A stretch of DNA of 64,000 bases from Antedon mediterranea (GCF_964355755.1 NC_092677.1:6098101-6162100); one strand, 5' to 3'. Counted from the first letter of the stretch, positions 26,082 to 38,958 are shown. The notes: a model not told the origin generated them from the sequence alone. Made by a program: numbers and translations.

Positions 26082-28175
26082 TGTTGTATATAGTAAATTA
26101 TAATGTAAAGTAAGGGCTCTAAACACAGCGTGTACAACTCAACATTTATTCTGAGGAGAGAGAACAATTATGGCACGCCAAAGGCGTCGTTACAACATGC
26201 ATATATAACACATCCTCCCTACCATTTTAAGAATAGTAAAGACTAGATTCTAGAGTTCTGTACTGTTGTTCTGTAATCATTCGTAATTATAATGTTTCAA
26301 TCAAAGTTTTCTGTATAATACGTATCTTTCAATGCAATAATGAATAATAAAGTTCAACTAAAATCAACTTCTTGTTTCATGTCTATTTACAAGTCTAGTC
26401 TCTTTGGTGGGCGAATATTATTTCTTTTTGGATATCGACGTATGGGTGCAGTTTCTTGTGTAAGAGATGCGCTGCCAGTTGTAACAGGTGTGTCGGCGTT
26501 AACATTTCGAGTAAGGTTATCTGATTGTGGAGCGTCTGTTGGATTTAGTATTTCTGGAACATGGTCATCCTGGGTGAATATTTCTGTAGGAGTGACATTC
26601 ACCATAGTTGGGTGTAGTTGATCAGCATGACGCCTCCATAGTGTTCCAAGTCCTGTGTCAACTGTGTAAGATAGTGGACCAGTTTTTCCTTGTATTTGAG
26701 CTGGTATCCATTTCTGGTTTGTGTTACGATAATCACGGACCATTACTGATTGTCCGGGTTGAAACTCTCGGATACTGGTTCCACAATGTTTTGCAAACTT
26801 CATACGATCTTGACCTTTCAAGACAGTAGCTGTTAGATCCGGTTTCAAAAGATCCAAACGTGTTCGTAGATTGCGTCTGTAGAGTAATTTTGCAGGTGTT
26901 TCCTTGGTAAGTGTATGAGGAGTTGTTCTGTACTTAAACAGAAATGTACTCAGATGTTGCTGTAGTGAACGACAACTCAGTTTGGTACAATAGTCTCACC
27001 AGAATATGTTTTCAACCTAATTGTAGTTTTCTGTAATGGTAACGACTGGAATGCTTTCTTGTAGGTCAACTCTGGAATCAGTGATACTGATGATCCAGTG
27101 TCCAATTCCATAGGGATTTTCTTTCCATTTATAGATGCAACCACTATAATTGGATCCACTTTTGACTTATGATTTGCATATAGCATAGGTTCATAGTTGA
27201 CTTCCTCTCCCTGTACATACTGTACATTCTTTTTAAGGTTACCAGTGTTAGGCTTTGACACATTATTGTCTTTCTTTTTCTTCATGCATACTTTTTCTAG
27301 ATGTCCTTCCTTGGAACAGTAATTGCAAACAGTATGTATGTGCCTGCAGCGATCAGCTTTATGGCCTGTATTACCACATCTGTAACAGTGTGTAGATGCT
27401 TTACTTTGTTTATGACCTTGGTGTCTTTTAGATTGGTAATTTTTTGTAGTAAACTTATTTACATTGCTCTCACCTGTAGTATTTGGTGTCCTTGTTTTCT
27501 GAAATTCTGTAGCATCACGACTTGCTGTTTCCATAGCTACAGAGGTTTTAATTGCATCATCTAATTTAAGGTCATGAACCGCCAGTAAACGTTTCTGAAT
27601 GTTCTCTTGACGCAACCCGCAGACGAAAATGTCTCGCAGTGTCGAGGTCAAAGTGTTTCCGAAATTGCAATGAATGGCTAACCTTCGTAGTTCAGCAATG
27701 TATGAAGCAATGCTTTCCCCGCTATGCTGTTCTCTTTTGTAGAACCGAAATCGTTCCGCGATTTCCGATGGCTTTGGGCAAAGATGTGTCGTGAGCTTTG
27801 TAATTAAATCTGCGTAAGACAGTATGTCGCTGGTTTCTCCGGTGAACACAAATTCTTTAGTAGCGTGTACTTTTTCGGTCAGATGAGTGCAAGCAATGCC
27901 GGTACCTTCCGATCATCATCGACCTTGTTGGCTACAAAATATTGATCTAACCGTTCGGTATACGAATCCCAAGCTTCTAAAGATGAATCAAATTCTTCCA
28001 CCTTTCCTATTATAACTGCCATGCTCATCCTCGTCGCCAAAATTTATGTTGTATATAGTAAATTATAATGTAAAGTAAGGGCTCTAAACACAGCGTGTAC
28101 AACTCAACATTTATTCTGAGGAGAGAGAACAATTATGGCACGCCAAAGGCGTCGTTACAACATGCATATATAACA
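26082..28175 (-). mobile_element. Internally deleted Ty3/Gypsy (Mag-like) LTR retrotransposon
   Basis: 129-bp TG..CA LTRs at 26082-26210 and 28047-28175, identical by eye; 5-bp TSD GTTTT; PBS TGGCGACGAGGATG; PPT next to 26211; gag with two CCHC knuckles, protease LDTGSS, then only the integrase C-terminus (YRTTPH..WRRHADQL). Confidence 0.96.
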
Positions 28176-28838
28176 GTTTTGTATGCCAAATCATCCATCT
28201 GGGAATGTATAGGCTTATCTATTTTTTTGTGGAAAACCAGGACGACGAACTTGAATCATATATTTCATTTTCTATTCAGAGACTATGGGTGCAACTCGGT
28301 ACAGTATTCGAAAAAAAAAAACGAGTTAGTCGTCAAGGTCAGGGTCAAGGTCAAATCTCAAAATGTTTGCACCAGTTGAGCTGAAACTTTGAGAAAACAG
28401 TATAGGATGAGTGTAATTCCGATATCGAGGAGGCGAAATGTCAAAGGTCACAGTAAAAATTTAAAATCACTCCAAACAAGCTGACAAAATAAATGTTTAT
28501 AATATCTAAACACTATTTTTAGGTGAAGTCTATAACCAGTGCGGGGTGTTTTGAACAGTTACATATATAGCCTCGTACTCGTGATGTTTTTAGAGTAATA
28601 ATTTTCAGGAACATTATATTACTATAATTGTTTCTCAGCAGCTCAGACCCCTCTACTCTTGCAAATAACGTTGCACTCCATCCCGCCCCCTCCCCCCCCC
28701 CCCCAAAAAAAAAACGTACAATATAATGAGAGTGCATATCACGTACGGTGGGGCTGACTCAGGTGGCCGCCATGGTGAGCAATAGGAAAACAAAATTGCT
28801 TCGGAAACACACTGCACTCCACTGCACTGCATTAATAA

Positions 28839-31234
28839 TGTAATGATTTTGGGGTAGAAGGAACAGATAGAGGGCGGCAGATGGAGGCAGAGTAGGCGCG
28901 CAGGAAGAGTAGCAGAGAACGGACGTGAGAAAAAGGGCAGAGAGGGATTGGAGAAGGAAGGCAATGGAGGGTTACCTCGAGCTGCGTTAAAAAAGGAGGG
29001 AGAGATTGGAGCTGGAAAAGCGGAGAAGCAGGGAGAAGACGTGTTAAATAAGTAGGGACATTAGAGAAATTGGAAAACAAAGTGTAGAGAAGATTAGAGA
29101 AAAGAAAGAGAAAATTAGAGCTGAATAACAAAAGGAGAGTTAAGACACAGCAAGTAAAGTTATCCGGTAGGCCTACAGCCTACCACTTGTGCTGCTGTTG
29201 GAGACATATAGTGAGCCGGAGGTTGCGCCTACTGTACTGGTTGTATGTGGTTGTATCACTATTTGAGACATAGTGAGCCGGAGGTTGCACCTACTGTACT
29301 GGTTGTATCACTATTTGAGACATAGCTGAGCCGCAGGTTGTGTTTACTGCTTGAGATACAGTTAGCCCGTGGTACACCCTGTGGTTGTGATACTGCTTTG
29401 CTGGTGGGTACACCTAGTAGCCAGTGGTTAAGACTACTGGTGGTTACCCTGTTAGCCGGTACGTGGTTACGCCACTGTTGGTGGTTACGTTGCTGTGGAG
29501 GTTACACCGTTGTTGGTGGTTACGTTGCTGTGGAGGTTACACCATTGTTGGTGGTTACGTTGCTGTGGAGGTTACACCATTGTTGGTGGTACGTTGCTGT
29601 GGAGGTTACACCATTGTTGGTGGTTACGTTGCTGTGTGGAGGTTACACCATTGTTGGAGGTTACGTTGCTGTTGGAGGTTACACATTGTTGGTGGTTACG
29701 TTGCTGTGGAGGTTACACCATTGTTGGTGGTTACGTGCTGTGGAGGTTACACATTGTTGGTGGTTACGTTGTTGCTGGTTGGAGGTTACGCCATTGTTGG
29801 TGGTTACGTTGCTGTTGGAGGTTACGCCGTTGTTGGTGGTTACGCTACTATTGGAGATTACGTCATTACTGGTGTTTACGCTGTTGTTTCAAGTCCGGCG
29901 TAATAGCAGAACTAATCTAATTAATTATTATAATCGGTTGTTACCAATAATTTGGAATCAAAGAAGAATAAAGGAGGTCACTCCAAAAATTGTAATTGAT
30001 TTGTTTGTGTCATTCGAGTGTGTCGCAGTACCGCAGACCCCTCCCCCCAAAAGGGAACGAACCCGAGAGCGGATTTTCGTTACATTGGTGGCAGCGGTGG
30101 GATTGGTCGTGTTGCGGAAGGAATGACTCGCACGGTTGCTCCTCCAGAACCTCTTTTGTTTTGTTTATTTTGTTGATTGTTTGTTTTGGATCATTATCGG
30201 GGACCGAGCATTTTAGGGAGGGGGTAAAGTAATGATTTTGGGGTAGAAGGAACAGATAGAGGGCGGCAGATGGAGGCAGAGTAGGCAGGAAGAGTAGCAG
30301 AGAACGGACGTGAGAAAAAGGGCAGAGAAGGATTGGAGAAGGAAGGCAATGGAGGGTTACCTCGAGGTGCGTTAAAAAGGAGGGAGAGATTGGAGCTGGA
30401 AAAGCGGAGAAGCAGGGAGAAGACGTGTTAAATAAGTAGGGATATTAGAGAAATTGGAAATAAAAGGAGAGTTAAGACACAGCAAGTAGAGTTATCCGGT
30501 AGGCCTACAGCCTACCACTTGTGCTGCTGTTGGAGACATAGTGAGCCAGAGGTTGCGCCTACTGTACTGGTTGTATCACTATTTGAGACATAGTGAGCCA
30601 GAGGTTGCGCCTACTGTACTGGTTGTATCACTATTTGAGATAGCTGAGCCGGAGGTTGCACCTACTGGTTGTGTTACTGCTTGAGATACAGTTAGCCCGT
30701 GGTACACCCTGTGGTTGTGATACTGCTTTGCTGGTGGGTACACCTAGTAGCCAGTGGTTAAGACTACTGGTGGTTACCCTGTTAGCCGGTACGTGGTTAC
30801 GCCACTGTTGGTGGTTACGTTGCTGTGGAGGTTACGCCGTTGTTGGTGGTTACGTTGCTGTGGAGGTTACACCATTGTTGGTGGTTACGTTGCTGTGGAG
30901 GTTACACCATTGTTGGTGGTTACGTTGCTGTGGAGGTTACACCATTGTTGGTGGTTACGTTGCTGTGTGGAGGTTACACCATTGTTGGTGGTTACGCTAC
31001 TATTGGAGATTACGTCATTACTGGTGGTTACGCTGTTGTTTCAAGTCCGGCGTAATAGCAGAACTAATCTAATTAATTATTATAATCGGTTACCAATAAT
31101 TTGGAATCAAAGAAGAATAAAAAGGAGGTCACTCCAAAAATTGTAATTGATTTGTTTGTTTCATTCGAGTGTGTCGCAGTACCGCAGACCCCTCCCCCAA
31201 AAGGGAATGAACCCGAGAGCGGATTTTCGTTACA
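28839..31234 (+). mobile_element. Non-coding LTR element: two giant LTRs around a 143-bp PBS/PPT core
   Basis: LTR1 28839-30084 (tgtaa..ttaca), LTR2 30228-31234; 4-bp TSD ATAA; PBS tggtggcagcggtgggat from 30086; PPT agggaggggg just before LTR2. Confidence 0.93.
29476..29880. repeat. 35-bp minisatellite in LTR1 (shorter array at 30806-31040 in LTR2)
   Basis: Unit tgttggtggttacgttgctgtggaggttacaccat, itself two related halves; about 11 units versus about 6. Confidence 0.95.
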
Positions 31235-31619
31235 ATAATTTAAAACATGTATTTAGGGGCCATATTGTATTTAGTATTATATTTATACTATAATTTTGTT
31301 AAGAGTTTATGTCAGCTGCATGCTGCTATTTACGGATTTTTTCCAACTTTCGAAAGTCCTTGATTGACACTGAAGTTATGTTGTGAATAATGTTTCCGTG
31401 TTGGACTTTCGACTGCATAGGCCTAGTAGAATCAGGATAAAATTTGCAAACATATGTTTGGATGTTACTAATTAATTTCTATTTTAGAAGTTAATAAAGG
31501 CATAAATGGCGCTCCATAGAAGTATTTTTGTTGTTGTTTTCTCTGTTGCTCAGCTACTACACACACACGCGGGTGTGACCAAAGCATGGAGTAAAGAATA
31601 AGAGGAGGCACAACACGGC

Positions 31620-34250
31620 CTAGCTAAGACTTAAATATGTTTGAACAAGTTTTTGATACTGAAAATTATACTTTTAATTCATTCTCTGTTAAAACCATAG
31701 ATGACCATGTTGCAGATGCATACACTTTGGATTGGTTAAATAATATAAACCAAAAGTCATCCCTTGAAGATTACTCCAAACTAAAAGAAAGTCCTAGCCT
31801 TGAGAGTTATCTTCTTGATAAAACCAATTTCACAGGTGCAAGCTTAAAATTTAAATTAAGATCCAACACTTTACGTATGCTAGTCAAGTCGCCCCATCGC
31901 AAAGTCGCCCCATACAAAGTCGCCCCATCGCAAAGTCGCCCCAAAACAAAGTCGCCCTGACACAGTCGCCCCATTGCAAAGTCGCCCCATCGCAAAGTCG
32001 CCCCAACGCAAAGTCGCCCCATCGCAAAGTCGCCCCAACGCAAAGTCGCCCCATCGCAAAGTCGCCCCAAAACGTTAAAAAATAGTTTAAAAGTGCGTAA
32101 AATGTCGCAATGATACACAAAATAACACGGAACGTGTAGGCATAAAAGGGGAAGCCCCGCCATGTAGTCTCAGGTCACACGATCGGCACGCTCCCCAATC
32201 ATCAGAGAGGAAGCCCCCAACTAATCACTCCGCGGTCGCACTAACGTGCTAGCTCTCACCAGAGGGAAACCCCCGTAATTACTCCGCCGTTGTCGCACTA
32301 CAACGCACCATCTGAAGATGGGGAAACCCCGTCGGAGTTTTACCATGATATCAGTCGCGTTCGAAATCGGTTGGCGTTTATTTTTGGTCACGATAAAATG
32401 ATGTTATACGATCTAGATTATTTTTACTTTGGTCGATGAATATTTATTATTATTAGGCCTATATTAATAATTGATTTTTGTTTTTATTTTACACTGAGGT
32501 CTATGATGAGAGAAAGATGTGTGCCTTAAAAATGACAATTTGTAAACATAGTTTAAGATTATAGTAAGCCTATTATTCAGCATAATGTCATTTAACAGTA
32601 CATAAATTTAAATGTGAAATATTTTATAGGGAACGTAGGCTACGTCTGTGTCTTTTATTTTTTATATGCAACAAATTAGGTAAAACAATTTATTTAGTAA
32701 AATGATCATTCTGCTGTTGAATAAAAAGCGACTCGCAATCTGAAACATTCTCTGAAACCAATCGGAGCTGCTCCTTCTGGTATCTGTTTCCTTCTCACAG
32801 CTGCTACGTCTTTCTGCTGCCCGTCGGGGATTCCCCTTTTTAAAAAACACGCACACGATAATCATACTGTACGATGGTTTTTCCATGGTCAAAATGTAGC
32901 GTTTTAATTTTACTAAAATACCTGCATGTGTAAAACGATCATATCGGCGAAGAAATCCCCTTTTTTTTATTTCTTCATTTTGAAAAGTCATAATTAAAAT
33001 TAAATAACTATAGACACATAACTTGTCAATAAATGCAAAATGATCAATAAGTAGCCTATATAACATTTATTGTCTTACAACGCTGTTATTGTTTTAACTA
33101 CTGTAAATATACGAAGGCCTACTATTTATACACTTATTATATTATCCTAAAAAATGAGCTGGTATCCACGCGTAGGTTGAAGAAAGGTTCGTAATTGTGG
33201 CTCTGGTAACTAATTTTAAAATCATATTAAATTAACATTTTCGAAACTATAAATCAGGGATAATCTTTTGGAAATCTTTTTAGAACTTTCAAACAAGGGA
33301 CTATTTTTTAATGATTTTTAAAAAGCACATCACTCCATTAAAACCTGTAAAATTAAAATTAAAACACAAATTATGTATATAATAGGATAAACATTATAAT
33401 GTATACGACATTTAGCGCGACCAAAGTAACAACGCAATCGATATCAAACGCAACCGCTATATGATTAAAACTAGCGGCGGCACTTCCGAAATAAAACCGT
33501 GGGCGACTTTGCGATGGGGCGACTTTGCGTTGGGGCGACTTTGCGTTGGGGCGACTTTGCGTTGGGGCGACTTTGTAATGGGGCGACTGTGCCGGGGCGA
33601 CTTTGTTTTGGGGCGACTTTGCGATGGGGCGACTTTGTATTGGGCGACTTGCGATGGGGCGACTTTGCGATGGGGCGACTTGACTGGATCCCCACTTTAC
33701 CTCTAGATGGACGAACCTGTAAATGGTCTAAAGAAATATCTGGCCACTGCACTATATGTCAGAGTGGTGAAATAGAAAATGTACAGCATTTTTTATTTAA
33801 TTGCCAAGCTTTTAATGCTATAAAAGGAGATCCAATTAGTGAAGCTAAATAATGACCTTGAAAATTTGGATGAGTCTGCAACATGGGAACATTTTATAAA
33901 TGCTGATGTTAATGAAAAAACTACTATAGTTTTAGGGGGAGATATTAACTTGGATCCTAGTAAAGCTGTCTTGACAGCATTTGACAAATACTGTAAGAAT
34001 TTCCTTAAAGTTGCCTGGAAAAAAAGATCCGAGTTAAAAAAAAGAGCTAATTTGCATTGTTGCTTTATAATTTTGTTTATTAATTTTCACTATATATTGT
34101 ATTTAATGTTGCAGAGAAAGACTGGTGTACATCTCTGTAAATCTTTTTAAATTACTATTTGTGCTTACTGTATTCGTTGATCTTAAAGTTTATTTTCATA
34201 CTTTAATTTGTTAATTAACTATTGTATAATTCATTTCCTTTTCTTTTTCA
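31620..34250 (+). mobile_element. LINE 3' fragment (ORF2 C-terminal Cys/His region) split by a MULE-like insertion
   Basis: ..SLESYLLDKTNFTGASLKFKLRSNTL before the insertion continues as PLDGRTCKW..CTICQSGEIENVQHFLFNC after it. Confidence 0.8.
31875..33691. mobile_element. MULE-like non-autonomous element with repeat-built long TIRs
   Basis: Inverted arrays of aaagtcgccccatcgc at 31885-32070 and 33500-33680; flanking direct repeat cactttac (9 bp with one mismatch). Confidence 0.88.
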
Positions 34251-34408
34251 TCCTTTGAAGAACATCCTGTTTACCCGTGCAGCTCGCTGTAGAGTCGGCT
34301 CTGAATCTGATTACGTAACACCCTAATTAAGGAAGAAGCCAGGCATGACATCGGTGACAAGAAAAGTAAACAGAGGCTGCGCAGTAGTTTCTAATACATC
34401 ATAGTGAA

Positions 34409-36443
34409 GGAGTGTTGACAAAGTGCGAGGCAGCGAGGCAAGCGAGGCATGCGCGGCATGCCAAATATTTGTGCGAGGCATCATTTTATCATTTCCAAAA
34501 GTGCGAGGCATGCGAGGCATATAGTTTACAATTTCAAAAAGGTGCGAGGCATATCTTAACGTGCTATTATGCTATATTATAGGCCTAATAATCAATCGAT
34601 CTAAATAGATTCGTGTATACACTCATCATGTTGTTTATTTTTATGTAACGATTGTTTTTTCATTCAAGTCATATCGTGTCAAAAGTGCCCAAACTACGGT
34701 TCAAAAATCTGAACGACAGTCTCTAACTTTCGATAAACAATAATTGTTAAAGCGACACACTCATCAAATGACTGCAATGTTTGTTGGCATTTCGAGCGTG
34801 TTCACTCACATGTCTCTCGAACATAGCAGAGTGAAAATAATATTTTGTCACACCCCTGCGCCTAGATCCGGTAGACCCGAGAGATGGAAAATCCCTCTTT
34901 ACTATTTAGCAGGTAGCGGAATGATTCAGCCCTCAGCTCAGAGGATTGTGGTGCATTCCCCTCCTATAGCACGTGGTTTCAGCAGCAACGCACAGACTTC
35001 TCTCTGAGCGGCGTGCCAAAGACATTTTTGACATTCCATTCTCTAGGAACAACACGTGTGGTGTACCTCTCTCGCAAATAAGGTGAACAGCGATTGCCAG
35101 GACAAGTTCAATAACTGGCGGTGAATAAAAGGTAACTGATATGGCGATCCAATAACATGCCGCAAAGAAAAAAATTGCGACAGAATTCTGGAGCGCGTGT
35201 GAAAAAAGATTTACGTCCGACAATTGTAATACTAGGCCTAAAATTAAACTTTAGCTAATATGCTTAGCCCTAACCTAGATAAGAGGCCTATGTAGAAAAT
35301 AATTTAATCAATTTTGATATAATAATAATTGGTGTAATATTTAATAATGATACACTATTCCTGTTTTAGTAAGCTAGATATTACGAACGATTTTTATTTA
35401 TTGTTGTCCATGTACGTATTAATAAACCTGGCGCTAGTTTCCTTCGCTTGTATTTTTACTCCAAATTTGATAACTAACTTTATCGTGTGAATACCACACC
35501 TTAGAAGTATACCTCATGAGTACTTTAATGAAAGAATCACATAAAAAGTAACAAATAAATCCTTAAATTAATGATTTTACAGGCGTGTTTCTCGCACACT
35601 GTTCGCGAATTTCACTTATTCAATGTTCAATATTTTTGTTTCTATGGAGCGCCAAAAGAGCAACGATAATAGAGGACTAAAACTCAGTGGAATGCGTCAA
35701 TTTCTCATGCATTTATTGGTGAAAAACACGTTTTATTTCAATATATTTGTTAATTTGTCAATAAAAATGCTGTAATATGTTACTGCTGATACTGTTCTGT
35801 TTTCAAAGAATAATAATCGATCCTAAATCAACATCACTACCTAGTCTAGACCTAGGACATCCTACTAAGGATATTATGATGAATTTTTCTATTTTATTCT
35901 TTAAAATGTTAACGAAACCGTGTACATTATCAACAGTAACATTTTTCATTACTGACAGTGACAAAATCTATTGAAATTGTACTTGATTTTCACCAAATAA
36001 TGCGTTAAATATAAATGGATTCCACAGAGTTTTTAGCCCTCTAATTAATTTTGCTCTTTTGGCGTTCCATAGAAACCAAAATATTGAACATTGAGTGTGC
36101 GAAATGCGAGAAAAACAACGTCTGTAAAATCACCAATTTAATGGATTTATTGTTACTTTTATGTGATTTTTCTTCATTAAAGTAGGCCTACTAATTCTAA
36201 GCTGTGGTATTCAGGATAAAGTTGGTTAAAATACAAGGCAGGTGCAAAAGGAAACTAGCTTAGCGGGCCTAGGCCTAGGCTACTTCAATTTCGGTGATTT
36301 CCTGCCTTGCAATTTTGAGAAATGATAAAATGATGCCTCGCATTTTTTGATGATGGTAAAACGATGCCTCGCATAAATTTCTGACTTGCCTCGCATGCCT
36401 TCCCTGCCTCGCGTGCCTCGCTGCCTCGCACTTTGTTACTACC
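34409..36443. mobile_element. MULE-like non-autonomous element
   Basis: TIRs acaaagtgcgaggcagcgaggca with gcgaggca subterminal repeats; direct repeat catagtgaag at both junctions (9-10 bp TSD). Confidence 0.88.
35432..36260. mobile_element. Older foldback element with diverged inverted arms of about 330 bp, nested in the MULE-like element
   Basis: gctagtttcctt..ttctatggagcgccaaaagagcaa mirrored by ttgctcttttggcgttccatagaa..aaggaaactagc; a partial further copy lies at about 37940-38110. Confidence 0.75.
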
Positions 36444-36973
36444 CATAGTGAAGCATGACCTTTGTGCAGTTGTTCATTGTTCTTTGAGCTTTTATCTCGA
36501 AAAAACCGTTTAAAAATCGAGTAAATTTTCACGGAGATATCGCAGTTTTTATACCAGCTAACAAATTAATCATATTTTTTATCAAGCCATAGACGTATCA
36601 TTTGGTAAATCGAAATTTAACCGTTTAAGCAACTTTTTAATTTACGAACCCTAGTGCATTTTGTAGCATATTAAAGACTCCAACTTATTTTAAAATCACA
36701 TTTTAGTGCGCGCAAATGCGCGCATGAAAAAAATTATATAAAATTTGTTCTCATGAATATTCAAAAATATACGTATAATAGAATTCCAACGACACAATTT
36801 CTTATTTTTATTACTGTATATGACATTTAATTTATGTTTCAGTCTATATTATGACCGTTAGCAAAACTAAAATTCTTCTATTTAGTCTGATATTGTATAA
36901 TTAAATTATTTATGATATTAATATCATAAAATATATGATTTTTACGATCACATACTTAGAGTTCAGTGAAATT

Positions 36974-37020
36974 GTAGGACTAAATTATATATCGTTAAAC
37001 GATATATAATTTAGTCCTAC
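36974..37020. repeat. Perfect 47-bp palindrome
   Basis: gtaggactaaattatatatcgtt-a-aacgatatataatttagtcctac. Confidence 0.95.
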
Positions 37021-38958
37021 GTAATTATTATTTAATAAATAGCCTAAATAAGGATAATATTTAATCCCATAATGATGGACATATTTAGTGCATACCGTAA
37101 CCGGTAGGCCTTATAGGTTCAGGCATAGGCGCGCCTATAGTAACAATGAACAAACAGACGACGAGGGGATACAGCCCCCGTAGCCCCCCGCTGCACCACC
37201 ACTGGTCCTTATTAAACCCATTAATCCATCATGATTCATGATAAGTTGTCTGGAGAAATTACCAACATTTAGTACACAGTAAACCATATAAATATAATTC
37301 CTTTATTGGTGCCGTATAAAACTCGTATTATTAATTTATTAATAAAAGATATCCAGTAGAATAGCGCTGCTTTTTATAAAAATTAATAAACAAGGTCGGA
37401 ATACAAGTTCAGTAGGTCTACAAAAAAACAAGATGAACTGACTGAACTATTCAAGTTGTGTCTCATAATATTTATATTCTTTGGTGTGACACACATGCTG
37501 CTGCAGGAGGCGAACTGGGCGGACGCGCGGCGGGGAAAGAGAGAGCCCCTCATCTACTGCTTGCTTTGTTGCTACTATAAAATACTGCTGCTAAAATCCT
37601 AGGGTGTCACGAAACCTAAGACCACGAAAGCTAAGACCCCCTAAGACCTAAGATCACGAAAGCTAAGACCCAAGACCTAAGATTACAAATTCTAAGATAT
37701 ACTACAGCTTAAAAACAATACTTGTTTATCCATACAAAATTTTAAACACAGTAGGTTTCATTTATTACCATAAATATAATTTAATACTACCGCAAAACAT
37801 AGATAAACTCACATTATTTTCGCCCGTTGAGTAAATGTATATTTTTTCTTTACAACAAACAAACTTGACGGGTTGTTTGTTGGTATATATTTACTCCATT
37901 GAGTTGGTTCAGAGGATGTTTTTCTTACGCACATGCCTTTCTTGTATTTTGACTCCAAATTTGTTGACTAACTTTATCCTGAACACCACACTTTAAAATT
38001 AGGACTTATAGGCCTAAGTACTTTCAGAAGGAGAAACACATAATAACAAATAAATAAATCCTTTAAATTGATGATTTTACAGATGTGTTTATAAGTAATC
38101 CGCGATTTTCCCTGTAACAGTAATATTGTCCATGTGGTAGGGCGCCGCCATAAGGTGGATGTATCTGGGATGTATACAACTTTTTGTGACGGTTTCAATA
38201 ATCAAAGGCTAGACCACCGGTCAGTAGTATTTTCATGATAAAAAATGTTATCAACTACATGCCAACATCATGTTAAATACTATTTGGATATTTAATTGTT
38301 CGTTTTATGCAATTTATTTAGTAAAAACTGCCGTATAAACAGTTTGCTTTATCAACCGGGCGCTACAATAGCGTGACCGGGCGTGTTGGTGTTTACGCGT
38401 TTTCACGTAGGATAGTTTAATAATATTCCTATATTTAACTTGTTTCTGGTAAAACAAATAAATGTTAATGACATTTAACATTTTTTCCTATTAATAACAT
38501 GTATTTTATACTGATTTATATCATAAAAACAATACTTAATTTACCGGGCGTAGAGTAGTACACGGGCAATGGTAAAGAATAGGCCGTGCTGAGTAACGAT
38601 TCGTTGACTTTTGGTGTTGCTGTGTTAGGCCTTTTTTGTGAACTAACTTAGCATGTTAGTAAATAATTGTCTGTAAAAGTGAATGTACACTAGTTTGTTA
38701 ATAAATATGTATTATAAAATAGTTTACAATTGCAAAACTATTATCATAATTCTATTTAATGTGACATGTATAATATCTATTAAATCAAGTCTTATTTAAT
38801 ATGTATACATCCGCCCTTATGAGGGCGGGCATCACTCTCTGGAGCTCTCTGTTACAAATTTCTCATGCAAAAATCGCGGAATACTCATTCTTGTGATATA
38901 TTATATTCTTTGCTTTGGGCCTATTATTTGTCTTCAGCAGACCAGAGTTGCGCCTGAT

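Noticed and set aside
29338-31146. Long overlapping Trp/Cys/Val-rich ORFs (up to 262 aa)
   Set aside because: They come from a stop-free 35-bp minisatellite read in three frames inside LTRs; no evidence of a real protein.
29476-33680. CRISPR-like look of the 35-bp and 16-19-bp repeat arrays
   Set aside because: Units are adjacent with no unique spacers, there are no cas genes, and the context is eukaryotic.
31807-33852. WGDFAMGRLC / ATLRWG repeat ORFs
   Set aside because: Translations of the MULE-like subterminal repeats.
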